Source of the DNA: Candidatus Dormiibacterota bacterium
Lineage (GTDB): Bacteria; Chloroflexota; Dormibacteria; Aeolococcales; Aeolococcaceae
NCBI GenBank assembly: GCA_963718525.1
Contig: OY970355.1
Span: 3,008,001-3,072,000, forward strand
Length of the DNA: 64,000 bases
Reading direction: 5' to 3'
The notes beneath the pieces are model-generated. The model saw only the letters and a list, made by a program, of their open reading frames with translations. It did no database searches and was not told where the DNA came from. Below are positions 39,842 to 48,933 of this stretch, piece by piece; position 1 is the first letter of the stretch; each line of letters begins with the position of its first letter. A program made the translations under genes and the position numbers.

Positions 39842-41011
39842 GTGAGCATGGCAGCCGCCCCGCAGAAGCTCGACAGCCGGTATCTCGAGGCTCTGGGTCC
39901 ACTGCGTCCCCTTGTCGATGACGACAGCCTGACCGAGATCATGGTCAACGGACCGGAGATGGTCTACGTGGAACGCAAGGGGAAAATCCTCCTCACCGAC
40001 ATCCGATTCGATGACGAGGCGCACCTGATGCGGGTCATCGACACCATCGGTGCCGCCGTCGGCCGCCGTATCAACTCGCGAACACCATTGATGGATGCGC
40101 GTCTGCTTGACGGCTCGCGCGTCAATGCGGCCATACCTCCGGTCGCGCTCGACGGACCGATTCTCACGATTCGAAAGTTCAGCAAGGATCCGTACCAGGT
40201 TTCCGACCTGATCGGATTCGGGACGTTGACACAGGAATCCGCCGCCTTCATCCAGGCGTGCGTGCTCGCCCGCGCCAACATCCTCGTGTCCGGTGGAACA
40301 GGCACAGGAAAGACGACGCTCCTCAACGTGTGCTCGGGCTTCATCCCCATCGACGAACGCATCGTCACCATCGAGGATGCTGCCGAGCTCCAGTTGCATC
40401 AGGAGCATGTGTGCCGTCTCGAAGCACGTCCGGCTGACGTCAACGGCGAGGGCCGCATCGCGATCCGCGAGCTGGTCATCAACTCGCTGCGTATGCGGCC
40501 CGATCGCATTGTCGTCGGCGAGTGCCGTGGCGGTGAAGCCCTGGACATGCTCCAGGCGATGAACACGGGCCACGACGGATCGCTGACCACCATCCATGCC
40601 AACAGCCCGCGCGAGACGCTGTCGAGGCTCGAGACGCTGGTGCTCATGGCCGGTCTGGACCTGCCGCTCAAGGCAATCCGTCAGCAGATCGCCGGCGCGA
40701 TCGACCTGGTCATCCAGCTGAGCCGCCTGAAGGATGGCTCGCGCAAGGTCGTCTCGGTGACGGAGATCATCGGGATGGAGGGCGAGATGATCACCGTGCA
40801 GGAGATCTTCAAGTTCGAGTCCCGCGGCGCCGACCCGTCGACCGGAAAGATCATCGGCGAGTTCGAGCCGACGGGCATCCGGCCGCGGATCATTGACAGG
40901 CTGTTCGACATGGGCATCCCACTGCCTCCGCGCCTCGCGCAGATCTTCCCGGACCGCCGCCAGGTGGGCGTCGCGGCCGAGAAGAACGGCCACCTCAGCG
41001 GGGTCGCGTAG
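39842..41011 (+). CDS. cpaF: Tad pilus assembly ATPase CpaF/TadA, short form
   Basis: TEIMVNGP, DARLLDGSRVNA, GGTGTGKTT, TIEDAAEL, LRMRPDRIVVGE, GHDGSLTTIHAN; AAGGAG RBS. Confidence 0.95.
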   Translation: MSMAAAPQKLDSRYLEALGPLRPLVDDDSLTEIMVNGPEMVYVERKGKILLTDIRFDDEAHLMRVIDTIGAAVGRRINSRTPLMDARLLDGSRVNAAIPPVALDGPILTIRKFSKDPYQVSDLIGFGTLTQESAAFIQACVLARANILVSGGTGTGKTTLLNVCSGFIPIDERIVTIEDAAELQLHQEHVCRLEARPADVNGEGRIAIRELVINSLRMRPDRIVVGECRGGEALDMLQAMNTGHDGSLTTIHANSPRETLSRLETLVLMAGLDLPLKAIRQQIAGAIDLVIQLSRLKDGSRKVVSVTEIIGMEGEMITVQEIFKFESRGADPSTGKIIGEFEPTGIRPRIIDRLFDMGIPLPPRLAQIFPDRRQVGVAAEKNGHLSGVA

Positions 41012-41433
41012 GCAGCGTTTCCTGGTCGGGACGGTCGCGTGTTCGCGTCCACCGATAGCCTGGAGGTCAGAGCGAACGAATCCGTAGCACTCTGACCGCG
41101 TGCGAGGCAGCAGGCAAGAGCAACCGATCTAGTTGGCCGACGGGTGCGTCGCTATCGCCCGAATAGGAGTATCGGCTCAAACTCGGGAGGGCGTCGTCGG
41201 GTGTGCAACTTCTCGGCTGTGAATGAACCTCGTCCAGGAAACTCATCGCGCAGCCGATGCGGCGACTAGCAATCGGCACCTTCCCAACGCCCACGCCCCT
41301 CCGGTGTGGGCAGTAGGCCGAGCCGTGAAAGTGAGGCTCCATCATCAGACGCAAGGGTCACGACGCCGTAGGCTCTTTGTGACGATTCGCCGGCCTTCAC
41401 TCTGGCGTCGCGAGTCCCAGGGATGATCTCGGC

Positions 41434-42102
41434 ATGAGGGTCGCACCCGTCCGCTATTCCGACGCGTCGCCGAGGCGTCGGCGACGGAAACACGGCCAGG
41501 GACTGGTCGAGTTCATGATCGTCGCGCCGGTCTTCTTCTTTGCCATCTTCGCGATGATCGACGGAGGCTTGTTGCTCTACAGCATCAACGCGGTGGACCA
41601 GTCCGCGACCGTCGGCAGCAACTCGATCGCGGGCCTCGGCCTGGCATCGAATGCTGACATCGGGTCGATCCAGAAGATGGCCGCCGCAGGCTTGCAGACA
41701 ACCTCTCTCGTCAAAGTCACCGAGATCGACGTCGAGGAGTTGGTGACCAATGCCACCAAGGACGGGTTCTCGGTGCATGCCGACGGCACTCCGCAGATAC
41801 AGACAGGGTGCGCGGGCGGCCCAACGGGCGTCGACGGAGCCAATGAATGCGTTAACCGATACACATTCAGCGGGTCGGCCGTCGTCGCGACGGACGCATG
41901 GAGCAGTTGCGCGTCGTCCACGGGCGATCCGTCCCAGTGTCCGCCGTGGCCACCGTCGGTTCGCAACGTTGTGAACGGGCTCAGTTCATTCGTTGCATTG
42001 AAGATTACCTATTCGTATCGCTTCTTCACCGACGTGGGAGGCAACTTCAACTTGACTGCGCTCAAGACGTTCCGGCTCGAACCAGAGACCAACGCCAGCT
42101 GA
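41434..42102 (+). CDS. tadE: TadE-like minor pilin 1
   Basis: Basic leader followed by the class III signal G-QGLVEFMIVAPVFF. Confidence 0.88.
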   Translation: MRVAPVRYSDASPRRRRRKHGQGLVEFMIVAPVFFFAIFAMIDGGLLLYSINAVDQSATVGSNSIAGLGLASNADIGSIQKMAAAGLQTTSLVKVTEIDVEELVTNATKDGFSVHADGTPQIQTGCAGGPTGVDGANECVNRYTFSGSAVVATDAWSSCASSTGDPSQCPPWPPSVRNVVNGLSSFVALKITYSYRFFTDVGGNFNLTALKTFRLEPETNAS

Positions 42103-42740
42103 TGAATCCGACACAACGGCGTCAGCGCGGCCAGTCCTTGGTGGAGTTCTGCTTCGTCCTTCCGATTCTGCTGGTGATGTTCATGGGCGTGTACACCGCC
42201 GGCTCGTTCATCTCAGACATGGACACAGCCGGTCAGGCGACAAGAGCGGGTGCTCGGCTCGGCGCCGAGGTGGCCAATTACGGATACGGAACCGCGGCAG
42301 CACAGACCGCGGCCTGCATGGGCGTGAGTACGACCAACCCCTGCGCGGTAGACCAGGACATCGTCACCAGCGTGGCGACGGTCGCTAAAGGAATGACCAA
42401 CGTCACGTCGTTTGATGAGATCGACGTCTACGATCCGTGCGCCTCCGGTGGGGTCTGCACCAACTCCACGAGCCTCTGCAGCGACCCGGCCAACATCAGC
42501 GGTGCATTTGTGGCAGGCGTTGATCCCGCCGACGTGTACAAGCTCGTCGGGGGTGTGTGGACACTCCAGGGGACCGCGGGGTACACGCTCGACAAGCGTA
42601 CTCAAAATCATCCAAACGAACTGGCAATCGGCGTGCGTCTGGTCTTCCATTTCCAGGCTGCGGCGCCGATTAACTTCTTCAGTGTTCAGGCTGCGCAGTA
42701 CGCGACGATGTGCTTCGCGCCATACGAGTCAGGAGGGTAG
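42102..42740 (+). CDS. tadE: TadE-like minor pilin 2
   Basis: MNPTQRRQRG-QSLVEFCFVLPILL; TGATG coupling. Confidence 0.88.
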   Translation: MNPTQRRQRGQSLVEFCFVLPILLVMFMGVYTAGSFISDMDTAGQATRAGARLGAEVANYGYGTAAAQTAACMGVSTTNPCAVDQDIVTSVATVAKGMTNVTSFDEIDVYDPCASGGVCTNSTSLCSDPANISGAFVAGVDPADVYKLVGGVWTLQGTAGYTLDKRTQNHPNELAIGVRLVFHFQAAAPINFFSVQAAQYATMCFAPYESGG

Positions 42741-42742
42741 CG

Positions 42743-44689
42743 ATGAGCGTACAGAACGCCGGCGTGGCACGCAGAGGGCACCGTGCCGCCAAGGGCCAGG
42801 TCATGGCTATCTTCGCGCTGATCGCGGTCCTCCTCTTCGCGGTCACGGGCCTCGCCGTGGACGCCGGCCTCTCGTACCTTTCGTACAACGGCGCTGAACG
42901 GGCGGCCGCGGCAGGCGCTCTCGCGGGCGTCCCGTATATGCCCGGTGGATTTGGTGGGACCGGTTGCGCGAGCGGCGCGGCTGACGCGGCGGCGTGCGCG
43001 GCGACCGCACGCGACGGGTACACCAACGGGAGCATCATCAACGGTAACCCGGTCACCGTGACGGTTTCGCGATATCCCGTCGGTTGCACCGGGCCTGCCT
43101 GCTCGGCCAACAAGCTCACCGTGACTGTCACGGCATTTGTTCAGCCCACATTTCTGCGGGTTCTCGGATTCGGGGCCCACCCGGTCACGGCGTCCGACAC
43201 CGCGTTCTATCTTCCTCCGATCGCTCTCGGCCAGCCTGGAGCGCAGCTCGGAAGTACAGAGAGCGCACTCGGCACCGGTGGTAACTACTATTTCCTTCGT
43301 TCGGAAGGGTACGGCAACGATCGTTCAGAGGGGGACGCATATGACCCCAATAATGTCAACACCACCTTCACGTGCACTGTGGGCGGCGAGACCACCGCTG
43401 GATACGGAACGTCGACCGACGTCCACGCGTTGAGCGCAAACCTGGGAAGCGACGTTTCTGACGGCACGCTGACGAGCGCAGCGGTGAACCTCCTCCCCGA
43501 ACGCGGTGGGTACAACTTCTCGGTCGCGGTGCCGAGCACGGTCCCTGCAGCGTACGTCCAGGTCTACAACCCTGCCTTCGCTCCCGACAACGGATTCAAC
43601 CCGTCGGGCGGCAGCTACAACATGCACGAGCAGGACGGAAGCTTCTCCGGGAACTCCTATACAGACCAGTACTCTGCGATGGAATACACCCTGTTCAAAG
43701 TCAACGACATCTTTGACCACACCAAGGACACGCCGATCAGCCAGGTCATCGTCGATCCGCTGAACGTCACAACCTCGGGTGTCGCGGTCACCTCCATTGT
43801 CGATGTCCGCAACGGCAAGACCCTCTCGGGAGCGGCTTATACCTACGTCGTCAATAACATCTACCACGGGTGGATGGACGTCGGGAGCCCGCCGACGGCC
43901 TCGACGGCGTGGACCGTTGCAGGAACAACGTATAACATCCTCCATCCGACCAAGACGCTCGCTGGCGGCTCTCTGGCGCCTGGGTCGTACCGGCTCCGAG
44001 TTGACATGCTCGATTACCAGGGCCTGCGCCCCGGCGATGATGCGGGTGCGTCGCCGTGCTCCCGAGCACACAAGGGGTATGCGATCCAGCTGACGGTAAC
44101 CGGCGGTGCGCAGTGTGCAGACCCGGGCTGCCAGGTATCGGCACTCGATGAGCTCGCCGTCTACACGCCGATTTCGTCGTCTGGATCGGGCTTTTCCGTC
44201 CCCCTCTTCAACCTTCCCAATGACTACGCCGGCCAGACGATCAACTTCTACGTCTTCGATGTCGGCGACGTCGGTGGCAGCAACCAGATCTCCATCCTCA
44301 ATCCCGACACGCAGAGCTGCAGCCCCAATCCAGCTCCGTGCCTGCTCACCGCGTCGTCGGGGGTCCCTGTCTTCGACTTAGGGATCAATAGGAACACAGC
44401 TCCAACGCCCGGCTTGGCGGTCAATACAGTGGACTCTTGCGCAAGCACGCCGGTTCAACCGGTCGCCACCCAGGCGCTCATCAACACGGACGAAACAAAT
44501 ACCTGTGCGGGCCACGCTTCACCCAACATCTTCAATTCACGTTGGGTGCTGTTCCAGCTGCAGATCCCCTCGAACTACGCGGCAGGCAATGGCGGGTGGT
44601 GGAATCTGCACTACACTGTCAACGGCACAGCGACTGACACCTTCACGGTGGTTGTTAACTACGCGAGCACGCCTGTCCATCTCCTATAG
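42743..44689 (+). CDS. TadG-like large pilin / putative tip adhesin
   Basis: KG-QVMAIFALIAVLLFAVTGLAVDAG...AAAAGALAG Tad N-terminus, long Cys/Thr/Gly-rich extracellular part; AGGAGG RBS. Confidence 0.85.
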   Translation: MSVQNAGVARRGHRAAKGQVMAIFALIAVLLFAVTGLAVDAGLSYLSYNGAERAAAAGALAGVPYMPGGFGGTGCASGAADAAACAATARDGYTNGSIINGNPVTVTVSRYPVGCTGPACSANKLTVTVTAFVQPTFLRVLGFGAHPVTASDTAFYLPPIALGQPGAQLGSTESALGTGGNYYFLRSEGYGNDRSEGDAYDPNNVNTTFTCTVGGETTAGYGTSTDVHALSANLGSDVSDGTLTSAAVNLLPERGGYNFSVAVPSTVPAAYVQVYNPAFAPDNGFNPSGGSYNMHEQDGSFSGNSYTDQYSAMEYTLFKVNDIFDHTKDTPISQVIVDPLNVTTSGVAVTSIVDVRNGKTLSGAAYTYVVNNIYHGWMDVGSPPTASTAWTVAGTTYNILHPTKTLAGGSLAPGSYRLRVDMLDYQGLRPGDDAGASPCSRAHKGYAIQLTVTGGAQCADPGCQVSALDELAVYTPISSSGSGFSVPLFNLPNDYAGQTINFYVFDVGDVGGSNQISILNPDTQSCSPNPAPCLLTASSGVPVFDLGINRNTAPTPGLAVNTVDSCASTPVQPVATQALINTDETNTCAGHASPNIFNSRWVLFQLQIPSNYAAGNGGWWNLHYTVNGTATDTFTVVVNYASTPVHLL

Positions 44690-44936
44690 CGCCGCCTGGT
44701 CGGAGCTTCTGGCGTTACCAGCGCCTCGGCACGTTGGAGAGTGTTGAACACGCGCTTGAGTTCGCCCTGAACGCGTCGTCGATCTCGTCGGTGCCCTCAA
44801 ACCTCTCCGCCGTGCGTTGCGTCGCTGACAGCGTCTGGAGGTCCCGAGCCCATAAGCGAGCAGCTTACGCACCCGCAGGGCAGGAGTCCGCAGCGAAACC
44901 GTCCAGCTCTGCCACCGCCATCACTGGAAGGCGCAT
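44684..44936 (-). pseudogene. Possible degraded small gene remnant
   Basis: Protein-like reading interrupted by an in-frame TAA (44865-44867) and an apparent frameshift. Confidence 0.25.
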
Positions 44937-45058
44937 GAGGGCGGCTGGCAGGTGGTCAGGTCCGAGGAGGGCCGGATCCTGGCGATCCCGCCCTCCCACA
45001 CCTGCCGGGCGCGGGCGCGCGCGCCCGATCGCGTTCTCGCCGTGTAGAGCGTCGAGCG

Positions 45059-45253
45059 TCAGGCCGCAGGTGGCGGAGGGTTCACCGGCTCGTAGATCAG
45101 GCCCTCACCACAACAGCGGTCGCACTCATCGCCGGCTCGAGCTCTCGACGCCCACACCCCGACGGTGCCCTGACGAAACTCCACCTTGCGATTCTGGTCC
45201 CCCGACCCATTGCAGGTCGGGCATCGAACGAGACGTTCTTCCGCAGCGTGCAT
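45059..45253 (-). CDS. Small DnaJ-type (CxxCxGxG) zinc-finger protein
   Basis: CPTCNGSG...CDRCCGEG; directly downstream of cpaF2. Confidence 0.7.
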   Translation of the reverse strand: MHAAEERLVRCPTCNGSGDQNRKVEFRQGTVGVWASRARAGDECDRCCGEGLIYEPVNPPPPAA

Positions 45254-45338
45254 GGCACGACCTTGCGCGCATTGAAAAGAAACATCTGTACGCACGCGAA
45301 CCTATGGAAATGGTCGCCGGGGGGCAGCGAACGAGATA

Positions 45339-46967
45339 TCAGGCCGAACCGACCCCGTCCATCACGTGGATCGGCTGGAAGACGTCCTCGGAGAGCTCCT
45401 CGCCCGAGGTGGTCAGGTGCTCGAGGAATGTCGGAAGAACACCGGTCGGCATGTACGAACCGACGACCTTCCCGTCCTCGTCGACCCCGGCCTGCTTGTA
45501 CACGAAGATGTCCTGCAGCTTCACCTCGTTGTTATCGCAGCCGAGAACCTCGGTGATGCTCACGATCTTGCGCGTTCCGTCGCGCAGACGGGACTGCTGC
45601 ACGACGAGATTGACGGCCGAGCCGATCTGCTCGCGGATCGCGCGGGACGGCAACTCCGCACCGGCCATCAGCACCAACGTTTCGAGACGGCTGATGCAGT
45701 CGTGCGCGTTGTTCGCATGGAGCGTGGTCAACGAACCATCATGGCCGGTGTTCATCGCCTGGAGCATGTCGAGTGCTTCACCGCCGCGGCATTCTCCGAC
45801 CACGATGCGGTCCGGCCGCATCCGCAACGAGTTGATGACCAGATCGCGAATCGAGACGCGTCCACGACCTTCGACGTTGGCGGGGCGCGTCTCAAGCGTC
45901 ACGACGTGATCCTGACGCAGCTGAAGTTCGGCCGCGTCCTCGATGGTGACAATGCGCTCATCCTCCGGGATGAAGCTGCTCAGGATGTTGAGCGTGGTCG
46001 TCTTTCCCGAGCCGGTACCTCCACTCACCACCACGTTCAACTTGCCTCGCACGCATGCGCGGAGAAAGCGAACCATGTCCTCGGTGATCGAGCCGTACTT
46101 GATGAGGTCGTCGATGGTGAGAGCTTCCTTAGCGAACTTCCGAATCGTCATCGTCGGTCCGCGCAGCGCAAGCGGCGGGATGATGACGTTGACGCGGGAT
46201 CCATCCTTGAGGCGCGCGTCGACCATCGGCGACAACTCGTCGACACGACGGCCGATGCTGCTGACGATCCTGTCGATCACCTGCATCAACTGCTGGTCGC
46301 TCTCGAACGTCACCGGGCTCAGCGTCAACTTGCCGTGCTGTTCGACGTAGATCTGCTTGTAGCTGTTGATCATGATTTCGGTGATCTCATCGCTCGCCAG
46401 CAGCTCCTCGAGCGGCCCGAGACCGAGAACATCGTTGGTCAGGATCTCGACGAGTCGAAGCCTGTCCGGGCGGCTCATCGTGATGTTCTGCTCGGTGATC
46501 ACGTCGTTGAGCAGCTCCGCGATTCGCTGACGCACCATCTCCGGCGGCACAGAGTCCGTGCCCTGCGCCAGTTCCTCGACGAGACGCTGGTGCACCTTGC
46601 CACGCAGCGCGACGTGCGTATTGACGTGGCCGCCCATCTTGCTCAACCCGGGCCGCGACATCGCACCGGTGCGGTTCAGCAGGGTTGGCGCACGCTGAGG
46701 CTCAGGGGCGGGCGCCGCGCGCTCGACCTCGAAGGCTCGCGGCGCCGGTGCCGGCACCGGCGCGGGCGTGGGCGCAGGCACCGGGCCCAACGGGGCCGGG
46801 GAGACACCGCCCGGGCGGTTTTGCCAGCCCGCAGGGGGAAACCGCTCAGCTCCATCGTTGGATGGTCGTTCGGGCGCGGCGGTGGGTGCCGGGGACGATG
46901 GCGCGGTTGGTGCGGAGCCAGGAGGGGTCCCCTCGGCCTTCCGCTGCACTCGGTCGAGCAACGACAT
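45339..46967 (-). CDS. cpaF: Tad pilus assembly ATPase CpaF/TadA, long form with Pro-rich N-terminus
   Basis: GLGPLEELL, GGTGSGKTT, LRMRPDRIVVGE, GHDGSLTTLHAN. Confidence 0.95.
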   Translation of the reverse strand: MSLLDRVQRKAEGTPPGSAPTAPSSPAPTAAPERPSNDGAERFPPAGWQNRPGGVSPAPLGPVPAPTPAPVPAPAPRAFEVERAAPAPEPQRAPTLLNRTGAMSRPGLSKMGGHVNTHVALRGKVHQRLVEELAQGTDSVPPEMVRQRIAELLNDVITEQNITMSRPDRLRLVEILTNDVLGLGPLEELLASDEITEIMINSYKQIYVEQHGKLTLSPVTFESDQQLMQVIDRIVSSIGRRVDELSPMVDARLKDGSRVNVIIPPLALRGPTMTIRKFAKEALTIDDLIKYGSITEDMVRFLRACVRGKLNVVVSGGTGSGKTTTLNILSSFIPEDERIVTIEDAAELQLRQDHVVTLETRPANVEGRGRVSIRDLVINSLRMRPDRIVVGECRGGEALDMLQAMNTGHDGSLTTLHANNAHDCISRLETLVLMAGAELPSRAIREQIGSAVNLVVQQSRLRDGTRKIVSITEVLGCDNNEVKLQDIFVYKQAGVDEDGKVVGSYMPTGVLPTFLEHLTTSGEELSEDVFQPIHVMDGVGSA

Positions 46968-47162
46968 ATGAGCTCAAACCACCTCGTGTGATCGCGTTCG
47001 AATACCTGCCCGGAGGCAGGAATCAAGCATCCCCGGGATGCGCACCGAACGGTGCAACGATCCTGTCGAAGCAGCGTCCCAGGGGCCCTGCGGGGGGTTT
47101 GATAGGGGCCGGCCGGAACGGGTCGGTCAGTGCGAGAGCAAATTCACCTGAAGGATTGCCGT

Positions 47163-48092
47163 ATGGAACGTCGGTCGCTGCCGTCGGCCTGGGAGGAAAT
47201 GCTGCGAACCGCCTCCGCGGTGCGCGCGACGCCATCCCCAACGAGTGCCCGATCCCGTGGCGGCCTCCGCACGGTGATTCGCCCGATCGTGATGACCGCC
47301 GGGCTCCTCACGGCAGCCGGCCTCGCGGTGCTCCACCTCGCGGGAACCTCGGGCACGGCCAGCGCCAACGGCAGCCTGGACTCGCAGCTGTTCTCGCTCA
47401 CCAACCAGGACCGCACCAGCAACGGCGTGCGTTCGCTCACCTTCAGCGGCACCCTTCAGAACATCGGCGAGGGCGCTCCTTACAACTGCAGAGGGGTCCA
47501 GGTGTACGGGCGCTCGGTTGACATGATCCGGCGCAACTACTTCGCGCATCCGATCCTCGGTTGCGGCGAATACGTGTTCTCGATGATGCAGGCGTTCGGC
47601 ATCCACTACCGGTCGGCCGGGGAGAACATCGGGTGGGAGTCCGGCTCTGGTAGCCCCGCAAGCTATATCAACGGCCAGTTCATGGCCAGCCCCGACCATC
47701 GGTCCAACATCCTCGACGGCAACTACACCGAGATGGGTGTCGGGTCAGACGAGAGCGCACCGGGGGTGTTCTGGACGGGTGTGGGCAGCGAGCAGAACGT
47801 CTGGATGTTCAGCGAGGAGTTCGCTCAGGCGGGGTCCTCGTCACCGCCTCCTCCGCACAAATCGCCGGCGCCAAAGCCCGCGAAACGGAACTCGCCGGCG
47901 CCACCTCCGCCCGGCGTCGCTGCGGCCGCCACCACGGCTGCGCCAACCGCAACTCCGGCACCCACCGCCACTCCGATGCCTATTCCGACCGGGAGCCTTC
48001 CCGAGAGCATTTCGGCCCCGCCGGTCGGCCAGTACGAAGGCCTGTTCCCGAACACGATCGAATCCGTCCTCGAAGCGTTCCTCAATCTCTAA
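47163..48092 (+). CDS. Secreted or anchored CAP (SCP/PR-1) domain protein with Pro/Thr-rich tail
   Basis: LTNQDR, DMIRRNYFAH, GENIG, MASPDHRSNIL, MGVG; start uncertain. Confidence 0.85.
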   Translation: MERRSLPSAWEEMLRTASAVRATPSPTSARSRGGLRTVIRPIVMTAGLLTAAGLAVLHLAGTSGTASANGSLDSQLFSLTNQDRTSNGVRSLTFSGTLQNIGEGAPYNCRGVQVYGRSVDMIRRNYFAHPILGCGEYVFSMMQAFGIHYRSAGENIGWESGSGSPASYINGQFMASPDHRSNILDGNYTEMGVGSDESAPGVFWTGVGSEQNVWMFSEEFAQAGSSSPPPPHKSPAPKPAKRNSPAPPPPGVAAAATTAAPTATPAPTATPMPIPTGSLPESISAPPVGQYEGLFPNTIESVLEAFLNL

Positions 48093-48135
48093 AAGGGCCA
48101 CCACCCTGACTCAGCTCAGCGCCGTCGAAACGCCT

Positions 48136-48933
48136 GTGAAGGACCTCGGCGACAGCATCGTCGTCGCCACCGGTCTCCGCAAGATGTACCGGGTGAGCCG
48201 CCCGCCACGCGAGGCGATCCGCGGCGTGTCACTCACTGTGGAATCAGGCGACTTTGTCGCCATCATGGGTCCGAGCGGCTCTGGGAAGAGCACGCTGCTC
48301 CACATCCTTGGCGGCCTCGAACCACCCGACCAGGGGTCGGTCGTGATCCAGGGCGTCGACGTGTACGGCCTCAAGGACGAGGAGCGATCTGCCTTCCGGC
48401 GCGATCACGTCGGCGTCGTCTTCCAGTTCTTCAACCTCCTGCCGACCCTGACTGCGGCCGAGAACGTCGCACTGCCGCTCCGGCTCCGCAACGAGGCGCC
48501 AAGCCAGCGGCAGAAGCTGTCCCGCCAGGTGATCGGCGACCGCGTCGACGTCCTCATGGATCAGCTCAACCTCCACGGGCTCCAGGGTCATGGTCCTGAG
48601 GAGATCTCCGGTGGTGAGCAGCAGCGGGTCGCACTCGCCCGCGCGCTCGCGGCGTCGCCGGCGCTCCTGCTCGCCGACGAGCCGACAGGAAACCTCGACT
48701 GGACAAGCGGTCATGAGGTGATGGCGCTGCTGACGCGTCTCTGCCGTCAGGAGCGCCAGACAGCAGTGCTGGTCACGCACGACGCCCGGGTCGCCGCCTA
48801 TGCCGATCGAGTCCTGATCATGCGCGACGGCGAGGTGGTCGACGACGTCGCACTGAGCCACGCGGGCCAGGCGCCCGACACGATTCCGGACCCGTCGGTC
48901 CTCGTGGGCAGGCTCGCCAAGCTGGACCTGTGA
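48136..48933 (+). CDS. ABC transporter ATP-binding protein (LolD/MacB-like)
   Basis: [39 protein letters not shown]; start uncertain. Confidence 0.93.
   Translation: MKDLGDSIVVATGLRKMYRVSRPPREAIRGVSLTVESGDFVAIMGPSGSGKSTLLHILGGLEPPDQGSVVIQGVDVYGLKDEERSAFRRDHVGVVFQFFNLLPTLTAAENVALPLRLRNEAPSQRQKLSRQVIGDRVDVLMDQLNLHGLQGHGPEEISGGEQQRVALARALAASPALLLADEPTGNLDWTSGHEVMALLTRLCRQERQTAVLVTHDARVAAYADRVLIMRDGEVVDDVALSHAGQAPDTIPDPSVLVGRLAKLDL

Noticed and set aside
39961-39974. parS-like sequence GGTCTACGTGGAAC
   Set aside because: Two mismatches break the palindrome; single copy, inside cpaF codons VYVE
41305-41400. c-di-GMP-I riboswitch-like words (GGGCA, GAAA, GACGCAAG) upstream of tadE
   Set aside because: Spacing and stems do not fit the consensus as I recall it; an Infernal scan with RF01051 would settle it
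41012-41433. Short ORFs in the 420-bp gap between cpaF1 and tadE
   Set aside because: No motif, RBS or coding-like composition; treated as a regulatory region
40544-45770. Inverted cpaF copies as recombination sites that could flip the minor-pilin cassette (23-nt exact match at 40544-40566 and 45748-45770)
   Set aside because: The match encodes the conserved DMLQAMNT motif; flanking codons differ at many synonymous sites and no recombinase is present, so old paralogy explains it
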